Positions 62,959 to 64,000 of a stretch of 64,000 bases of DNA are shown here, in pieces; position 1 is the first letter of the stretch, and each line of letters opens with the position of its first letter. The position numbers were made by a program, and so were the translations under genes. Under the pieces are notes generated by a model. It worked only from the letters and a program-made list of their open reading frames with translations, ran no database searches and was not told where the DNA came from. This DNA is from a virus (Duplodnaviria > Caudoviricetes). Location: positions 160,001-224,000 of the IMG/VR virus record IMGVR_UViG_3300031555_004728; one strand, given 5' to 3'.

Positions 62959-63990
62959 CTATACTAATTTCATAAGTTCAACCCAAAACTTTCTAATATC
63001 CTTAGTATTTTTAACGATATCAGATAATGTATTTTGACTTAATAAGAATCCACCTACCAATGTATTATCAATTGCAAAAATAACGTATGGTAAATAATCA
63101 ATACAAAGTACTGATGAACCTCCATATGTATTTAAAAATCTTTCTACAAAATAACGAACTGTTAAAGTTTTCATTCTTGGTGATAAGTCTTTTAAGAAAT
63201 TGAATAGATCTTCAATTGTTTTAGGTTTGGCTAAATCATACTCATCAAGAACCTGTTCAATATTCTGAACTTTTCTTTCTGTAGTAATCTGAAGGGCTGT
63301 GTTATTGATAATATCGTCATTTTCTAATTCCCATACATTTTCTAAGAAAAACTTAGATACTAAAAATGCAATCTTATCATGTAATGTAGTATCAAGTGAA
63401 AGAGCATAGTCTCTATTTAATACTCTCATAAACATATTCACATATACTTCATTAGCAATTTTCATAATAGTAGTACTTCTTGATAAAACTTGATGTCTTG
63501 AATGGAAATGCCATGCTAAGAATGCTGATTCTAAAAGAATATATAAATTCTTCATAGGTATATCAAGTCTTAATTCATCGGCAACCAATTTACCAAAAGA
63601 ACTCACAAAAATACTAACTACTGGACCACTAGAACTTTTGTGAATTACAAATGGTACAGACTTTGTCATTTTCTGAGTTGTTGATTTCCAATATACTAAA
63701 CGAATTACACCATCATTAAATGCTTCTAATACTTTAGGTGCAAGAGGTGAAATACGAGTTTTATCTATTTGAATAAGTTGCTCTTCAATAAAGCTTTTAT
63801 CTAAAACGATTCCTTCTTTTAATGCTTTTAAAATTCTACTCTGGATTTCCCCAGAAGCATTAAAAAGCCCATAAATAAAAGAATCTGACATTGATGATTC
63901 CATAAATATTTCATCATTAACTACATTATTCATTCTTTTATTCCGCCTTTCTATTTGTATTAAGTATATTGTTTTCTGGGTACTTTTCAT
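62959..63990 (-). CDS. Hypothetical (possibly virion) protein
   Basis: 343-aa ORF; true start probably the internal MNNVV (63933) after AAGGCGG. Confidence 0.7.
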   Translation of the reverse strand: MKSTQKTIYLIQIERRNKRMNNVVNDEIFMESSMSDSFIYGLFNASGEIQSRILKALKEGIVLDKSFIEEQLIQIDKTRISPLAPKVLEAFNDGVIRLVYWKSTTQKMTKSVPFVIHKSSSGPVVSIFVSSFGKLVADELRLDIPMKNLYILLESAFLAWHFHSRHQVLSRSTTIMKIANEVYVNMFMRVLNRDYALSLDTTLHDKIAFLVSKFFLENVWELENDDIINNTALQITTERKVQNIEQVLDEYDLAKPKTIEDLFNFLKDLSPRMKTLTVRYFVERFLNTYGGSSVLCIDYLPYVIFAIDNTLVGGFLLSQNTLSDIVKNTKDIRKFWVELMKLV

Positions 63991-64000
63991 GCAAAAAAAT

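Noticed and set aside
1-64000. Alternative genetic code, tRNA or rRNA genes
   Set aside because: Long genes read through in the standard code, with TAA and TAG used as stops; no tRNA or rRNA recognised by eye, though no scan was run.

Overview
A 64-kb segment of a very AT-rich jumbo phage genome, probably AR9/PBS1- or phiKZ-like and infecting an anaerobic Firmicute (both inferred). It carries a giant tape-measure/lysin gene running off the left edge, dUTPase, a terminase large subunit split by two ORF-less group I introns, polyphosphate kinase, baseplate/virion proteins, a TIGR02452 PARG-like protein, an SbcD/Mre11 nuclease, a XerD-like tyrosine recombinase, a SleB-like hydrolase, NrdD with a mini-intein, an HD hydrolase, IF-1 and a partial family-B DNA polymerase. 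The main discovery is an apparent genome-dispersed tail-fibre tip-switching system. Twelve copies of an 82-bp imperfect-palindrome element (GAACCAATTTTGTTAAGT...ACTTAACAAAACTGCAAC) are scattered over about 46 kb in both orientations. Each is fused in frame, through an AAC-TGC-AAY (Asn-Cys-Asn) core placed just after an in-frame TAA, to a different receptor-binding-type C-terminal domain with no evident start or RBS of its own. The single complete tail-fibre gene (26101..27528) has the same AAACTGCAACC core at its constant/variable junction and the element's left arm upstream of its promoter. All protein assignments come from motif recognition by eye; no searches were run.
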